Part shown: one piece after another, positions 8,877 to 19,166 of the stretch
Numbering within the stretch: the first letter of the stretch is position 1
Layout of the letters: the number at the start of each line of letters is the position of its first letter
From: a virus
DNA length: 64,000 bases
Strand: one strand, 5' to 3'
IMG/VR virus record: IMGVR_UViG_3300043539_001475
Span: 1-64,000 of that record
Made by a program: the position numbers and the translations under genes
The notes under the pieces: model-generated
The model's input: only the letters and a program-made list of their open reading frames with translations
Told to the model about the DNA's origin: nothing
Databases searched by the model: none

Positions 8877-8906
8877 TTTGTATTACTAAAATATTTTATA
8901 TATTTG
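8877..8906 (+). promoter_or_regulatory. Bacteroidota housekeeping-sigma promoter
   Basis: TTTG 8877-8880, N18, TATATTTG 8899-8906. Confidence 0.6.
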
Positions 8907-8937
8907 TAAAACAAAACTCAAACTTAATAACAACAAA

Positions 8938-9459
8938 ATGAAAAAAACAATTACCTCTGCTTTAGTATTATTATCAATTAGTACTTATTCTCAAATTAAA
9001 AAACCTTTTATTATTGAACACTGTAAAGACAAAATGACAGACAAGGAATATTACTTTTCTAGTAAAAAATTAATTTGCTCTAATCCAGAAAAAACAAAAG
9101 GATTTACAATTACTCCTAACTTTAAAAAAGTCGATAACGATATGGCAGAAAACGGATTAATTTTATCAAATGTTAATATTGGAAATTGTGATGAAAAAGA
9201 CCAATTAATATTTTTATTTGATGATGATTCTAAAATAACTTTAACTTCGTGGAATAAATTTAATTGCGAAGGAAATGCTTACTTTGATATGTCTGACGAA
9301 CAATTTAACATTATAAGTTCTAAACTAATAAAAACAATTAGATTTGTCAATGGATATAAATACGAAACATTTACTTATAGTTTGGAAATTAGTCAAAAAG
9401 ATTATTTTGTAAACGCATATTCTAATTATGAAATAAAAGAAGTAAATTGCAATAACTAG
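8938..9459 (+). CDS. secreted protein with signal peptide
   Basis: MKKTITSALVLLSISTYS/Q, the Bacteroidota-type signal peptide ending before Gln. Confidence 0.75.
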   Translation: MKKTITSALVLLSISTYSQIKKPFIIEHCKDKMTDKEYYFSSKKLICSNPEKTKGFTITPNFKKVDNDMAENGLILSNVNIGNCDEKDQLIFLFDDDSKITLTSWNKFNCEGNAYFDMSDEQFNIISSKLIKTIRFVNGYKYETFTYSLEISQKDYFVNAYSNYEIKEVNCNN

Positions 9460-9625
9460 TTAATAATTTAAAAATAATGAACAGCTTATCTGATTATTTT
9501 TTTAAAAAATATTTTCAATGCAAAAAGCATGATAAGACCTATTGGTTTAATATGTATCTAAAAGCATACTTTAAAGAACAAAAATTAAAATAAACAATAA
9601 ACACTAACAACAAAAATTAAAAATT

Positions 9626-9895
9626 ATGGGAATTTTAGACTGCTTAAAATCAAAAAAAGAAACGGTAACCACTCCGACAAAAAAAACTACGAAACGTCAA
9701 CAAGTGCTTAGTCATTTGAGAAAACATGGAAGTATTGATAGTTGGACTGCTATTGAACTTTACGGAGCAACACGACTATCTGCTATTATTTTTAACCTTC
9801 GTGCAAAAGGGCTTAAAATTGATTCTATTGGCTGTTCAGCCTTAGATAGAAATTCTAATGTGTGTAACTATACAACCTACAAACTTATATCCTAA
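9626..9895 (+). CDS. winged helix-turn-helix protein (HTH_39-like)
   Basis: QVLSHLRKHGSIDSWTAIELYGATRLSAIIFNLR. Confidence 0.75.
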   Translation: MGILDCLKSKKETVTTPTKKTTKRQQVLSHLRKHGSIDSWTAIELYGATRLSAIIFNLRAKGLKIDSIGCSALDRNSNVCNYTTYKLIS

Positions 9896-10095
9896 TGGAA
9901 TTTAAGATGCGAGCTAATCCAAAATGCAATCATACTGGTCAAGGTCTTTATATAATCGTTCATAACTATTCAAATTTAAACGAAGTTGGTAATTATTATT
10001 ATTCAGATAAAATATATACCGACAAGCACCACTATACTGAAACTTTAAACATGAACGCTATTGGTCGTTGGCTTCCTAAAACTATAAAAAATTAA
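9895..10095 (+). CDS. hypothetical protein
   Basis: Translationally coupled ORF. Confidence 0.5.
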   Translation: MEFKMRANPKCNHTGQGLYIIVHNYSNLNEVGNYYYSDKIYTDKHHYTETLNMNAIGRWLPKTIKN

Positions 10096-10101
10096 AAAAA
10101 A

Positions 10102-10314
10102 ATGAACACAATTAAAACTCCTTCTTTTGAGGCTATTGACAATTTTTCTGAAATGTTATCCAAAAAAACAAACAAAACTTCTTATGAAGACATAAAGAGA
10201 AAAGTGTCTAATTATTTAGTAAATAATGGCTCTTCTAAGTTTGTAAGTCTTTATAATGAATTGGTATCTAATAAAGATTACTCAAAAGCTCATGAAGCTT
10301 TAAAAATAGAATAA
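10102..10314 (+). CDS. hypothetical protein
   Basis: A-rich leader; in operon. Confidence 0.55.
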   Translation: MNTIKTPSFEAIDNFSEMLSKKTNKTSYEDIKRKVSNYLVNNGSSKFVSLYNELVSNKDYSKAHEALKIE

Positions 10315-10428
10315 TGCAATGTTGTTTGCACGAACAAGACAAAGTAGCTGAAGTGCTATTCAACAAGTTTGGTAAAAAAACAGCAGTATTAATTTGCTGT
10401 TTAAAATGTTGTTCACAAAAAAAAATAC

Positions 10429-10659
10429 ATGGAAAAAATAGAAATAGAGGTTACGAAATTATCTCAAATAATTTCATTGAGGGGAATGACCCAAAAAGAT
10501 TTACAAAATCTAATTAAGAAAACTAACTATGGTAAATGTCCTGCTATGTATATTCTTAACTCCATTATTAATGGCAGAAAAACTAATTACAATATAGATA
10601 CATTAAGACCCATAAAAAAAGCACTAAACGTATCGTATGACGATTTAATTGACGACTAA
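10429..10659 (+). CDS. XRE/Cro-type HTH regulator
   Basis: RGMTQKDL...LNSIINGRKTN.NIDTLRPIKKALNVSYDDL. Confidence 0.8.
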   Translation: MEKIEIEVTKLSQIISLRGMTQKDLQNLIKKTNYGKCPAMYILNSIINGRKTNYNIDTLRPIKKALNVSYDDLIDD

Positions 10660-11302
10660 AATGGATGCTATACTTTTTATTCAAGACCTAAACAAAAAAG
10701 GTAAGATTTATAAAGATGTTTGGCTTCACTTACTTTTGAAGTATGAAGAGAACAAGCCAATTTCATTTAACGTAAATGTTAAATTTAATGGGGTTTCTTC
10801 TAGTACCTATTATCGTATTGTAGATTATGGAATTTCTATATTTCCTAATTTCTTTAAGAATTGTAAAATAGAAAAATTAAGAGGGGAATTGGTTATAAGC
10901 AAAATTGACAACACAGTAGTTCAAATGCCTATACAACTAAAACCTAAAAGAGTTGTCAAACCCAAAATCGAAGTAGAAAAGCCATACGGTGCTTATGAGG
11001 AAATTATTAATTATTTGAATTTATGTACTGGTCAAAAATACAGAACAGATTCAAAAGTAACTATTTCTTTTATTGAACTTAGAATGAAAGACGGGTATAA
11101 TGTAGATGATTTTAAGCAAGTAATTTTGAATAAGTCAAAAGCATGGCTGAATACAAATATGCAAACATATTTAAAGCCACAAACTCTCTTTGGTAATAAA
11201 TTCGAAGGATACCTTAATGAAGTTTCATTTGTAGAAAAAAATAAACAAGAACAAAACTATGACGCAGTTAGCCAAGCAACAGAACTCGGTTGGAATAATT
11301 AA
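10649..11302 (+). CDS. phage replication initiator with conserved phage C-terminal (Phg_2220_C-like) domain
   Basis: EIINYLN...GYNVDDFKQVI..K...W.....YLKPQTLFGNKFEGYLN. Confidence 0.8.
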   Translation: MTTKMDAILFIQDLNKKGKIYKDVWLHLLLKYEENKPISFNVNVKFNGVSSSTYYRIVDYGISIFPNFFKNCKIEKLRGELVISKIDNTVVQMPIQLKPKRVVKPKIEVEKPYGAYEEIINYLNLCTGQKYRTDSKVTISFIELRMKDGYNVDDFKQVILNKSKAWLNTNMQTYLKPQTLFGNKFEGYLNEVSFVEKNKQEQNYDAVSQATELGWNN

Positions 11303-12074
11303 ATCCTTACCCAATACGACTTCTAAAGAAATATCTTTATACAACGCATACCAAACCCACAAAAAGATAAAAGACTTCAATACAAAAGACGAATTGCTAT
11401 TGATGAGTAGCTTAATATTACGTTGGGCTAGTTATGTTGGTATTAAGAAGCCAGAGCCTTCTGAAATAAATACCATTGCGAACTACATAAGAGAAAACTT
11501 TCCTAATTTTAATGCTTATGATATTAATGAGTGCATTACTTTGTTAGTTAATGGCTCCCTAGATACCGATGCAGAACACTATGGTTCCTTGTCTGTAATA
11601 TATTGTTCTAAAGTGATGAAGTCTTACCAATCTTATAGGGGTGAGATTATTTTTAAAGTTAGAGATAAGTTGCAAAAAATTGAGCAGGAAAAGGTTGTTG
11701 TTCCAACCGATGCAGAAAGGTTAAGAAACTTTAAGGAGCTGTTGATTTTTGCAAAGGAAAAGGTTTCAAAAAAAGAGGTGTATGATGACTTTGGAGATGT
11801 GCTATATTACTTCTTCTGGAAGAACAATCTAGTTGAAAAACCAATGCCAGAAAGTTTGATTAAAGATGCCATTTCTTATGGGGAAGAAAAGTTTAGAACT
11901 AAAGCTCAAAACGGTGCTTTGAAAAGCGTTATTAACGGTGTTGGATTTACCAAGTTAGTAAGGGAAGATATTGTTAAAAAAAGCGCACGGGAGTACACTA
12001 TTAACTTATGGTTAACAAATGCTGATATAAACACTATTTTGAAAAAAATATCGATAGAAATGATTAAGTATTAA
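11259..12074 (+). CDS. putative replication accessory / helicase-loader-like protein
   Basis: Sits directly after the initiator; helical; function inferred from gene order only. Confidence 0.45.
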   Translation: MTQLAKQQNSVGIIKSLPNTTSKEISLYNAYQTHKKIKDFNTKDELLLMSSLILRWASYVGIKKPEPSEINTIANYIRENFPNFNAYDINECITLLVNGSLDTDAEHYGSLSVIYCSKVMKSYQSYRGEIIFKVRDKLQKIEQEKVVVPTDAERLRNFKELLIFAKEKVSKKEVYDDFGDVLYYFFWKNNLVEKPMPESLIKDAISYGEEKFRTKAQNGALKSVINGVGFTKLVREDIVKKSAREYTINLWLTNADINTILKKISIEMIKY

Positions 12075-12112
12075 AAATAATATTTAACTTTACATTTAAT
12101 ATTTTTTAATAA

Positions 12113-12418
12113 ATGGTTGTAAATGGCAAGATAATGAGTATAGTCAACGTAACAGATAATGTTACGCAGATTGTTATTCGTATGAAAAAAGACGATATTC
12201 ATTTGCCAGTAGCCTTTGTTTGCTTCAATGATATAAAAGCTTTGATTACACAGATAAGAATTGAAAAGGGAGATTTTGTAAAAATAACCTACTATCTTAA
12301 ATCCAAAAAAATACAAGAGCATTATAGCACAAGTGCGGTAATCGAAAAGATAAGCATAACTCAAAAAGGAACCAAGCAATATTCAGTTAATATGTTCACT
12401 GGAGAGATTTATGAATAA
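12113..12418 (+). CDS. possible OB-fold ssDNA-binding protein
   Basis: Beta-rich: VNGKI...VAFVCF...IEKGDFVKITYYLKS. Confidence 0.45.
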   Translation: MVVNGKIMSIVNVTDNVTQIVIRMKKDDIHLPVAFVCFNDIKALITQIRIEKGDFVKITYYLKSKKIQEHYSTSAVIEKISITQKGTKQYSVNMFTGEIYE

Positions 12419-12449
12419 ATAAAAATTAACAACGATTAAAACCAAGAAA

Positions 12450-12911
12450 ATGAAATCTAAAAAACAAATCCAAAAAGAAATTCAAGAAATTGAAAAAAAA
12501 GTGTCTGCTGTTTGTGGAGATGAAAAAAAAAGAGTTCAAGTAAAAATCAGTGATAATGGACAAATTGTAAATGCTGAAACTGGCGAGAAACATTTTCCAG
12601 AATTAGGGGAAGAAATAAAAAAACCTGCTAAAAAAATAAGAACGGTTGAAATTATGCTAAGCTACGGTGAGGATAATAAATCATTAAAAAAACAGCTTAA
12701 AAAACAAGGGCTTAAATTCAACAAAGATGTGATTTATGGTGCTGAACTTACTAGAAAAATTATTTTATCTTTTCTAAATAATAATCTTATATCTAATAAG
12801 CAAGCTAAAAAAGCGTTTGAGAAACTACATGACCAAATAAGCCAAGGTATAGCTGATTATAATTGCATTGATGGAGAAAAGGCTGTAAAAAGTAGTGTAG
12901 AATTTAAGTAA
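12450..12911 (+). CDS. hypothetical protein
   Basis: 153 aa, lysine-rich. Confidence 0.6.
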   Translation: MKSKKQIQKEIQEIEKKVSAVCGDEKKRVQVKISDNGQIVNAETGEKHFPELGEEIKKPAKKIRTVEIMLSYGEDNKSLKKQLKKQGLKFNKDVIYGAELTRKIILSFLNNNLISNKQAKKAFEKLHDQISQGIADYNCIDGEKAVKSSVEFK

Positions 12912-13062
12912 CCTATTTGCTATGGAAAATTACGATAACTACAAACTACAAACACCACCTGAAGAATTAGAAAATGAATGTCTTTATTGTGGAGAACCTT
13001 GCGACAAAACCTATTGCGACAAAAATTGTAAAAAAGCATACGAACAAGATAATTAAAAAACA

Positions 13063-13707
13063 ATGCAAATAAATCAAGAAATAAAACTAATATTAGCTAT
13101 ACCCACACTAAACAGAGCAGACCTACTAAACGAAGCTTTAGAACAATATTTTGAAGACTTTAAAGATACCGATATTGCAATATGCGATAATGGAAAACAA
13201 GATATTATTACAAGGGAAGAAAACTTTATGATTTACAGACCAGAAGCTAATCTTGGGGTTGCTAGTAGTTGGAATATGCTAATGGATTATGCTGATAAAA
13301 TTAAAGCTACTCATGTATTAATGCTAAACGATGATGTTATTCTAGGTAAAGCTGAACATGAAATAAAATTATTGATTAATAGCAATCCGAATGTTGATTT
13401 TATAAACTCTATGCAGAATTGGTGTAGCTATATTTTAAAAGTAGATATGTGGAAGAAAGCAGGTAAGTTTGATGAAGAGTTTTTTCCAGCCTATTTCGAA
13501 GACAATAGTTTTGATTACAAAATGAGTTTGAATAACGCTAGTAAAGTATGGACATCTTTTTTAAATCCTAAAGTGTATCGTAATTCAATGACTATCGCCA
13601 AAAATCCCTTGTTAAATAATGGATTTGCAAAGAATAGAGCCTTATATGTGCAAATGTGGGGAGGATTGCCAACAGAAGAAGTTTATAAAACCAAATTTAA
13701 TAAATAA
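13063..13707 (+). CDS. glycosyltransferase family 2-like
   Basis: AIPTLNR, CDNG, NLGVASSWN, LNDD, FDEEFFPAYFED. Confidence 0.88.
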   Translation: MQINQEIKLILAIPTLNRADLLNEALEQYFEDFKDTDIAICDNGKQDIITREENFMIYRPEANLGVASSWNMLMDYADKIKATHVLMLNDDVILGKAEHEIKLLINSNPNVDFINSMQNWCSYILKVDMWKKAGKFDEEFFPAYFEDNSFDYKMSLNNASKVWTSFLNPKVYRNSMTIAKNPLLNNGFAKNRALYVQMWGGLPTEEVYKTKFNK

Positions 13708-13710
13708 ATC

Positions 13711-14388
13711 ATGGACGACTTAACCCCTTTTCAAAGCCAAAATACCACTAATGAAGAAATGAATTTTGTTTTTAATAATGGTATTACAAACTACATACAT
13801 CCAACTGCCGTAATAGGCGAAAATGTTAAGCTAGGAGAGAATAATTACATTGGAGCTTTCTGCTACATTACTGGAGACACTGTAATTGGAAATAACAATA
13901 GATTTGAAGCTTTTTGTTCAGTTGGAACTGAACCAGAGCATAAGGCTTATTTTGGCAAACCAAACAAAGGGGTTATCATCGGTAACGGTAATGTTTTTAG
14001 GGAGTACGTTACTATTAATGCAGGTTGTGAAACACCTACAAAAATTAACGATGACGTGCTTATGCTTAAAGGAAGTCATATAGGGCATGATTCAACTATA
14101 ATGAGTAATTCTACTTTAGCTTGTAATGTTTTAATAGCAGGACATTCCCTTATCGGAAGGTATGTAAACATGGGGCTTGGAAGCGTGTGCCATCAATATT
14201 CAAGAATAGGTAGCGGAAGCATGATTGGAATGGGAACTGTAATTACCAAAAAAGTAAACCCTAAATGCTTTGGGTTATACGTTGGAACACCGCCACGTTG
14301 CTTAAAGATGAACGAACATTTGATGAAGCAATTTACCGAAGAACAGATAAAGTGGATGTGCGATGAGTTTGACGATTTAAAATTCTAA
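13711..14388 (+). CDS. LpxA-like left-handed beta-helix acyltransferase
   Basis: IHPTAVIG hexapeptide repeats, FREYVTINAG, SHIGHD, VCHQY (LpxA-like motifs). Confidence 0.85.
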   Translation: MDDLTPFQSQNTTNEEMNFVFNNGITNYIHPTAVIGENVKLGENNYIGAFCYITGDTVIGNNNRFEAFCSVGTEPEHKAYFGKPNKGVIIGNGNVFREYVTINAGCETPTKINDDVLMLKGSHIGHDSTIMSNSTLACNVLIAGHSLIGRYVNMGLGSVCHQYSRIGSGSMIGMGTVITKKVNPKCFGLYVGTPPRCLKMNEHLMKQFTEEQIKWMCDEFDDLKF

Positions 14389-14610
14389 AAATTATGAAAA
14401 TAGAAAATAAAGTTCCATACTATAAATGGTCTTACGGAAAGTTTATTTTAGTAGGGTATGTTGAAAAAGATTGAAATTTAAAATTATGACACCAAAAGAA
14501 AAATACATAGGAGCTTTTTTAGACGGATATTTTATAGATAAAAAGTTTGCTCAATATAATTTTGAATACATAAGAGCATTAGAAGATGGAGAGAAAAAAG
14601 CCAAAAAGAA

Positions 14611-14817
14611 ATGGAAGCAATACAAAAAACAGAAACTATAACCATAGAACAACAAGCTAGAAACTTAGTAAATGAAATGGCTGTTCATCATTGGAATAAT
14701 GGTCTTTGTAATTATGAGGGGGCTAAACAGTGTGCATTGATAGCGATTAGACTACTTATCCTTCAAAATGGAAGTAAGAATTGCTACGATTTAAAAAAAG
14801 AAATAGAGAAACTATGA
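14611..14817 (+). CDS. hypothetical phage protein
   Basis: AKQCALIA...KKEIEKL pattern. Confidence 0.55.
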   Translation: MEAIQKTETITIEQQARNLVNEMAVHHWNNGLCNYEGAKQCALIAIRLLILQNGSKNCYDLKKEIEKL

Positions 14818-15086
14818 AACTAAAAGACAAATTTAAAATAATAAATTGTAAAGATTGTGATATGCCATATTGTGATATTAAATGTACAATATTAGCACCA
14901 AGTGAATTAATCAAGTTAGAAAAAGTAGCAGATGATTTTGCTATTGGATTTGCAGAGTGGTGTGCTGATAACTATTTTCGAATGGGCAATACATCATTTT
15001 GGGCAGAATCATTAGATTGGGATGCTGAAGATAAACTAACTACAAAAGAACTATTAGAAATCTATAAAAAAGAAAAAGGACTATGA
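14814..15086 (+). CDS. hypothetical phage protein
   Basis: DDFAIGFAEW...TTKELLEIYKKEKGL; probable start MKLKDK inside ORF 14781. Confidence 0.55.
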   Translation: MKLKDKFKIINCKDCDMPYCDIKCTILAPSELIKLEKVADDFAIGFAEWCADNYFRMGNTSFWAESLDWDAEDKLTTKELLEIYKKEKGL

Positions 15087-15216
15087 GTGAGCAATTTATA
15101 GAGGGTCTATGTGAATGGCTGAAAGAAAATAAAGGAATTACTAAAATAAATCTTGACGACTTAGTTAGTTATATTCCAGAATATGAAAAATATTTAGAGC
15201 GTAAATAAAAAGGATT

Positions 15217-15420
15217 ATGAGTACAATATTATTTGAATGTGATGCTACGGAATATGAGGTAATTCCACCCAAAGAGAATATTACCAATTGTTTTGCTTTG
15301 AATGACCAAGCAGTTATAATTAATTTATTGGATAAAAACGAAAAAGTAATTACACAAACAGAAATTGACAAATCCGATGCTATTGAGTTAGCTAGGTTAA
15401 TTTTATTAAAATACACATAA
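15217..15420 (+). CDS. hypothetical protein
   Basis: ORF track. Confidence 0.5.
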   Translation: MSTILFECDATEYEVIPPKENITNCFALNDQAVIINLLDKNEKVITQTEIDKSDAIELARLILLKYT

Positions 15421-15421
15421 C

Positions 15422-16048
15422 ATGAGATTAACATTATCAATGCCTTGCTATGGCAGACCTGAAAGAACTATAAGGTCAATAAATTGTATTGCAAACCAAA
15501 ACATAAATGGATGGGAAGCTCTTGTAATAGGAGATGGTTGCCCAATAATGCAAGATTTTATAGATAGCAATTACTTTTCGGATATTCAGAAGGATTGCGA
15601 AGCAAGAGGAAACGATTTTTACATATCGAATAACCTCATCAACAAAGGAGGTCACGGTTACGATATTACCAATATAAACATTCAGTTAGCAATGGGTAAG
15701 TACTTTGTTTTCTATGCTAATGACGATATAATCCTACCTAATCACTTTGAGAATTATTTGTCGCAAATAGAAGGTACTGATTTGGACTTTGTTTATTTTG
15801 ACAGCTTTGTCGCACCAAGAAACGCTACGAGAGTTGCTGAGTTGCAATACGGAAGAATAGGTCATAGCGAATTAATTGTTAGAACTGATTTTTTAAGACA
15901 AATGCCACCGCATAACGAACACTACGGACACGATTGGGCATTAATACAAAGTATGATGCAAAATGGAAAAAATAAGAAAGCTTTAAATTGCCCACAAACT
16001 TATAGGGTAATGAGTTTATCTGATAATAGAGAAAAAGGAATAGATTAA
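15422..16048 (+). CDS. glycosyltransferase family 2
   Basis: SMPCYGRP, VIGDG, ANDD, GHDW. Confidence 0.88.
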   Translation: MRLTLSMPCYGRPERTIRSINCIANQNINGWEALVIGDGCPIMQDFIDSNYFSDIQKDCEARGNDFYISNNLINKGGHGYDITNINIQLAMGKYFVFYANDDIILPNHFENYLSQIEGTDLDFVYFDSFVAPRNATRVAELQYGRIGHSELIVRTDFLRQMPPHNEHYGHDWALIQSMMQNGKNKKALNCPQTYRVMSLSDNREKGID

Positions 16049-16081
16049 CCAAGTAAAAATTAACGACTAAAAATAAAAAAA

Positions 16082-17302
16082 ATGGCAAGACCAAAGATTT
16101 CAACAGAAAAAGTATTATCAATTTTAATTGATGCTAAAAATGAAATGGAGTTAGGTACATTCAACTCAGTTTTATTTACTAACAATAACAGTGCTTGGAG
16201 TATTTTAAGACCTATATTGATGCAAAAAGGAATAATAAAAAAAGTTAACAATAAATATAAATGGATTAGCATCAATCCTAATGTTTATATGGCTAAAGAA
16301 TTATATACAGCTTTTATACAAAAAAGAAATTTATACCCATCATCAATTATTAAACGAGAAGTTTCAATTTTAAAACGTAATAATATAAATTCTAAAGAAA
16401 AAAAACCTCTTACTCCAGAAAAAATATTAGACATATTGATTTTAGCTAAAGAACAAATGGATTTAGGAATAATGAATAGAGCTGTTTTTTACGCAAATCA
16501 TCCTCAGTGGGCGAGTATAAATTCAATATTAATTCGTCATGGAGTTATAAGAAAGGAATATGATAAATATAGATGGTTAGCATCCGCACCAGATTTAAAA
16601 ATGGCAAAAGGAGTTATAACTAACATAAAATACAAGTCGAATGAATCTCGTCTTAAAAAGAAAAATTATTCTAGGGAAACGATTGATAAAGTTTTGAAAA
16701 AATATAATATTTCACTTTTTGATTCAGTAGAACATGAATTAGATGAATTAAAAAAAGAATCTACTAAATCTAATTATGATGTAAATGATATGGAATTATT
16801 TTTTGATGATAAATCAAAAAAAGGATATATAGCTACGGATAGCTTTTCTGATAAGATTTACACACTATATGACAAACCAAATAATCCTCAACCTGAAGTC
16901 AGTATTAATCCTTCAGAAGAGTGTTATAGATTAGCAAAAATTATTTCCGAGAATGAAGAGCTAATAAATATTCAAAAAGAAACAATAGCAAAGCAAACTG
17001 AAAAACTGTCTGAACAAGAAAAATATATTACTGAAACAAATAAAGTAATGCGTAGTTATTTAGACGATATTGATATTTTAGAAAAAGAGTTTGTTGAATT
17101 GAAAAGAAGCATAGGGGCTTATAGAGAAGAGAGAGATGAATTATATGGAATAATGGAAAATGATAAACAAAATATAGATACCTTAGAAAAAGATATTATT
17201 GACCTTAAAGAAAACATCAAAAATCAAAACAATCTTTACATCAAGCCAAATTCTAAAAAAATAAAATTCTTTGGAATACCAGTTTATTCAGTAGAATATT
17301 AA
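16082..17302 (+). CDS. protein with duplicated N-terminal wHTH-like domain and C-terminal coiled coil
   Basis: Repeats KVLSILIDAKNEMELG...GIIKK...KYKW and KILDILILAKEQMDLG...GVIRK...KYRW. Confidence 0.65.
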   Translation: MARPKISTEKVLSILIDAKNEMELGTFNSVLFTNNNSAWSILRPILMQKGIIKKVNNKYKWISINPNVYMAKELYTAFIQKRNLYPSSIIKREVSILKRNNINSKEKKPLTPEKILDILILAKEQMDLGIMNRAVFYANHPQWASINSILIRHGVIRKEYDKYRWLASAPDLKMAKGVITNIKYKSNESRLKKKNYSRETIDKVLKKYNISLFDSVEHELDELKKESTKSNYDVNDMELFFDDKSKKGYIATDSFSDKIYTLYDKPNNPQPEVSINPSEECYRLAKIISENEELINIQKETIAKQTEKLSEQEKYITETNKVMRSYLDDIDILEKEFVELKRSIGAYREERDELYGIMENDKQNIDTLEKDIIDLKENIKNQNNLYIKPNSKKIKFFGIPVYSVEY

Positions 17303-17342
17303 TAGATTTGTAGAAAATATGTTTACGGGCATATTTTTTCAT

Positions 17343-17413
17343 TGGCTTATGGTGTAACGGTAACACAACTGTTTTTGGTGCAGTCTTTCTAGGTTCGAAT
17401 CCTTGTAAGCCAA
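17343..17413 (+). tRNA. tRNA-Gln (UUG)
   Basis: Acceptor stem TGGCTTA/TAAGCCA, anticodon arm ACTGT-TT TTG GT-GCAGT, T loop GGTTCGAATCC; no encoded CCA. Confidence 0.92.
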
Positions 17414-17437
17414 CTAAATTAAACTTAAACAACAAAT

Positions 17438-18721
17438 ATGGAAAAATCTAAATTAAAAGCAGTCAAAGGGAAAAGTAATGTTCAAAAATCACTATTGCTT
17501 TACGCTGACTTTGGATGTACTACTGGCTTTGCAAATGTAGCTAAGTCACTTGTTGACGAATGGAAGAAAGATAAAAACCTAAGCATTGTTATCTTTGCAA
17601 TAAACGATAAAAGCCCTAAGATTTATGATTACGCACCTAATGTAAAAGTAATACCTTCTCTTATAATTGGAAATGGAAGCACTGATGTATATAGGAGAAT
17701 TGAACTTCTTAATTTGATTTATCAAAACGACTTTGATGTAATATTTATGCTTAACGATGTTGAGGTAATCAATGCTATGCACCCAAACTTAAAGGAAGTA
17801 AAAAATAAAAAGAGAGAGGAAAATAGACCTAACTTTAAATCAATTATTTATTTTCCAATAGATAGTGAGCCAAGAATGGCAGACTTAAAAGTACTTGACT
17901 TTTTTGACGAGGTAATTACTTATACAGAATACGCCAAGTCAGTAATGAAACCATTGCTTTCAGATACCCAATTCAAAAAGATTAAGGTAATACCACATGG
18001 TACGAATACAGACGATTTCTACCCTTACAAGCAAAAAGCAAAGCTTGACGCTAAAGTAGAAATTTTCGGAAGCGAAGATGTTTTTGTCTTTGGTAGCGTT
18101 AACAGAAATCAGGTAAGAAAGGATATGGGGGCTTTAATTATCGGATTCGCTATGTTCAAGCATACAAGTCAAGCAAATGCCGTGCTTTACCTGCACTGTA
18201 ACCCAATCGACCCTATGGGTATTAACATTCCTAGACTATGCGATAGGGTTGGTCTTGAAATAGGTAAAGATGTTATAATTCCTAAAGATTTTTCAGAAAA
18301 CAACGGAACTAGCATTGAAGAGTTAAATAAGATATACAACTCTTTTGACTGCTTTATAACCACTACAACATCCGAAGGTTGGGGATTGACTATAACAGAA
18401 GCTATGGCTACTAAAACGCTTGTGGTTTGCCCAAAACACACTTCTATTACAGAAATAACCAATAATGGCGAAAATAGCTTAAACTTTATGTTTAGTCAAC
18501 AAGCGGTGTTTGTAAACGACTTTGAGAAAATAAGGTTTGTAACTAATCCAATGGAAGTTAAAACGATACTAGAGGTTGTATTGAATCTTAAAAATGAAGA
18601 ACCAGATGTGCAGTTAATAGTGAAGAAAAAAATAGAAGATGCTTACGAAAAAGTTTCAGCAATGAAATGGGATGGAATAGCAAAAAGATTTAAAACAATT
18701 ATCGATAAATTAGCGAAATAA
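17438..18721 (+). CDS. glycosyltransferase family 4 (GT-B)
   Basis: TGFANV, IPHG, VNRNQVRK, SEGWGLTITEAMA. Confidence 0.9.
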   Translation: MEKSKLKAVKGKSNVQKSLLLYADFGCTTGFANVAKSLVDEWKKDKNLSIVIFAINDKSPKIYDYAPNVKVIPSLIIGNGSTDVYRRIELLNLIYQNDFDVIFMLNDVEVINAMHPNLKEVKNKKREENRPNFKSIIYFPIDSEPRMADLKVLDFFDEVITYTEYAKSVMKPLLSDTQFKKIKVIPHGTNTDDFYPYKQKAKLDAKVEIFGSEDVFVFGSVNRNQVRKDMGALIIGFAMFKHTSQANAVLYLHCNPIDPMGINIPRLCDRVGLEIGKDVIIPKDFSENNGTSIEELNKIYNSFDCFITTTTSEGWGLTITEAMATKTLVVCPKHTSITEITNNGENSLNFMFSQQAVFVNDFEKIRFVTNPMEVKTILEVVLNLKNEEPDVQLIVKKKIEDAYEKVSAMKWDGIAKRFKTIIDKLAK

Positions 18722-18788
18722 AAAAAACTGCGTTAATGGCAAGTAGTGTGTTTTTTAGGAGGATTGAATTAGTTTTTAGCATTAGCGC

Positions 18789-18824
18789 AAAAAAAAAGCC
18801 ACTCTAATCGGGTGGCTATTTTTT
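18789..18824. terminator. bidirectional intrinsic terminator
   Basis: A-run, agccac...gtggct stem, T-run; lies between convergent genes. Confidence 0.75.
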
Positions 18825-18845
18825 CTCCTTTCTTTAAGATTACAA

Positions 18846-18959
18846 TTATTTACTGTAAGCTTTCCAAACTAAATAGGCAATACCAGCCAAAGCTAATGTA
18901 TTGTGGACATTTACGCCACCTAGATATTTCGGAGATTTGATGTTTAATAAATCACCCAT
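18846..18959 (-). CDS. 37-aa single-TM microprotein (only convincing minus-strand gene)
   Basis: MGDLLNIKSPKYLGGVNVHNTLALAGIAYLVWKAYSK*; A-rich leader; TATATTTG on the minus strand at 18994-19001; terminator downstream. Confidence 0.65.
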   Translation of the reverse strand: MGDLLNIKSPKYLGGVNVHNTLALAGIAYLVWKAYSK

Positions 18960-19115
18960 TTTTTTTTTAATTTTAAATTAATATTAATTCAAGCAAATAT
19001 ATAAAAAAAATAAAAGGTATTACATTTAATGTAAAAATTAAATGAAATCTACAAAAAAATAAAGTTACACTTTAATCGCAAAGAAACTTAAAATAATTAT
19101 TATAAATAATATATT

Positions 19116-19146
19116 TTTGTAGTGTCATTTGAATTATTTATATTTG
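19116..19146 (+). promoter_or_regulatory. Bacteroidota housekeeping-sigma promoter for the giant-protein operon
   Basis: TTTG 19116-19119, N19, TATATTTG 19139-19146; implies the true start is ATG 19167. Confidence 0.65.
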
Positions 19147-19166
19147 CTACTTATGTTAAAAAAACT

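Noticed and set aside
17253-17435. 60-aa minus-strand ORF
   Set aside because: It is the antisense of tRNA-Gln
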